Assembly: GCA_030390025.1 (NCBI GenBank)
Contig: CM059432.1
Span: 27,778,001 to 27,842,000, forward strand
Direction of reading: 5' to 3'
Source of the DNA: Squalus acanthias
Taxonomy: Eukaryota
Length of the DNA: 64,000 nt
This document shows positions 62,460-64,000 of the stretch, in pieces. The notes beneath the pieces were generated by a model, which saw only the letters and a program-made list of their open reading frames with translations, was not told where the DNA came from and did not search any database. The stretch's first letter is position 1. Each line of letters opens with the position of its first letter. Position numbers and translations under genes: made by a program.

Positions 62460-62653
62460 CTTGATATGCTTCGTAATGTCAATGTCGCAGGGTCGTAAGT
62501 AGCAAAGGCGCCTTTCTTTCGCCAGTTTGCACTGGTTGTTTTCATTTGAAATCCTTGTCGATATTCCCATTCCACAAGATTTTGAGCAGGTGCTCCAAGG
62601 CGTAGTTTGCCCCAAGCAGTTCTGGCGCCACACTTCCGATTCGCCTGTGTAAG
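62460..62653 (-). CDS. CCN4: CCN4/WISP1 TSP1-domain exon (YTGESEVWRQNCLGQTTPWSTCSKSCGMGISTRISNENNQCKLAKERRLCYLRPCDIDITKHIK)
   Basis: Minus-strand ttccag acceptor and gtaac donor, 194 bp; WSxCSxxCGxGISTR thrombospondin type-1 motif of CCN proteins; ends in phase 0. Confidence 0.95.
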
Positions 62654-62890
62654 CTGGAACACGGGAGAATCGACAACTGAGTTAGCATCATTCTCAACCC
62701 AGTCCTGCTAAAACCGCCATGGCCATTTCTGTTCTCTGCTTCCCAAATATTCAAAAACGTAGCAGCAAGACCTTTACTAGGTTCAGCATGTGGCACAATT
62801 GGCAGCACAAAGTGTAACACTTCCTCTACAGTAACCTGCCTGCTGAAATATCTATCTATATATGCTTTGGCGATTCTGTATCTCTTTACT

Positions 62891-62932
62891 TCACCTGAGG
62901 AAGGGGCGATCGATAGCTCCGAAAGCTTGTGA
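62891..62932 (+). ncRNA. Minimal hammerhead motif of a second Penelope-like family
   Basis: TCAC-CTGAGGA-A-GGGGC(GATCGATA)GCTCC-GAAA-GCTT^GTGA; AGCT palindrome; followed by AATAAA at 62938. Confidence 0.72.
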
Positions 62933-63064
62933 TTTCAAATAAAACTGTTGGACTATAACCTGGTGTTGTGCGACTTCACATTTTTGCTGACATATAGGCC
63001 ACCTTTGTGGCAATTTAGAGCTGCATTATAGGGTGGATTTGTGCTGATTCAAAGCCAAATGATG

Positions 63065-63225
63065 ATAGAATTATAGAATCATACAGCATAGGAGGAGGTC
63101 ATTTTGCCCATCGTGCCTGTGCTGGTTCTTTGAAAGAGCTATCCAATTAGTCCTATTCCCCTGCTCTTTCCCCACAGCCCTGCAATTTTTTTCCCCTTCA
63201 AGTATTTATCCAATTCCCTTTTGAA
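63065..63225 (-). mobile_element. CR1 3' end fragment
   Basis: Matches the 16975-17130 region. Confidence 0.75.
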
Positions 63226-63814
63226 TCAATGAGAAAAATGCATGCTATTCTCCTAAGTCAGGCCTACTAGGACTGCCTGTGACTGATGGAGAAGAGGACA
63301 CAAGAAGAAGGTCTGAGGAATCTCTCATTAAAATTTGAAGTGATGTTACCAAAGGGAGAAGATGACAAATTTAATAATGAAACGTGTACATCTCACACAA
63401 CTGAAATATATGGACAAAATATTTAAGTGTGGGTCTTTTTAGAAGGTAAAGTGGTCAATTGAGATTTGAGGGGCGATCATGTAGGCAACATCATAACATA
63501 AGAAGGGTTTGAATGAGAAAAGGCCATTCGGATATTCAAATCTGCTCCTTTCACAATCCGCTGCATGACTCCATCAATTATTGATTCTCCACCCTATCCA
63601 AGATGTCCATACTCTCTTCCCAACCCTTACATGAAGCAAACAGCTATAGTAACATATCTACCAACCTCAAACTCCTTTTTTGACAAGTATTGGGCCAAAC
63701 CTTTTTAAAGGCATCAATTGACCTAGAATTAATTACTTTTGCAGGGAATCTGTTCCACATATGCACATCTGTCACTGACATCAATTATGTCAAAAATGAC
63801 TAAACTGTCCCATT

Positions 63815-64000
63815 TCTCAGTGGTCGCACTCCCGTGGAATGTGAAACTAAGGCACACAGACTGGGACGGTCTCAGGTTCGATATCTGGTCTGTGCTAAGT
63901 TAGCTGATATCAGCTGGGATAGAGGAAGGGGTGGCAAAACTGGCGTCAGTGCCCCTGGGCTAGAGACGGGAAACCATCCAGGATTCCCACTGGTGATTGG
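63815..64000 (+). mobile_element. Unclassified old SINE-like family (GGTTCGAT..GGTCTGTGCTRAGTTAGCTGATCTCAG core)
   Basis: B-box-like GGTTCGAT; related segments at ~21045-21200, 12500-12640(-), 62250-62400(-), 56085-56125 and 56690-56730. Confidence 0.5.

Overview
Vertebrate genomic DNA; the repeat landscape (CR1 LINEs, HE1-like V-SINE, Deu-type SINE, Penelope-like elements) points to a cartilaginous fish. The window holds two convergent genes. NDRG1 is on the + strand: 13 coding exons at 6926-32336, all GT-AG and in phase, giving 354 codons; its 5' exons were not found. CCN4/WISP1 is on the - strand: only its last two exons are visible, at 62653-62460 and 58970-58671. This tail-to-tail order matches human 8q24. 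Between the genes lies a five-level nested transposon stack (old LINE > CR1 > ~1.4 kb solo LTR > Penelope-like element > CR1) that also contains an apparently intact full-length CR1. Two observations stand out. (1) In two different CR1 families the ORF1/ORF2 junction looks like a programmed -1 ribosomal frameshift: an in-frame U_UUA_AAC directly before the ORF1 stop, an open -1 frame running into ORF2, a short stop-bounded overlap and a G-rich 3' segment. (2) Several very short Penelope-derived insertions with long target-site duplications carry minimal hammerhead ribozyme motifs. One forms a perfect 89-bp hairpin in the last NDRG1 intron, and another has its core split by a CR1 insertion. Gene and exon calls are solid; the mechanistic proposals are inference from sequence only.
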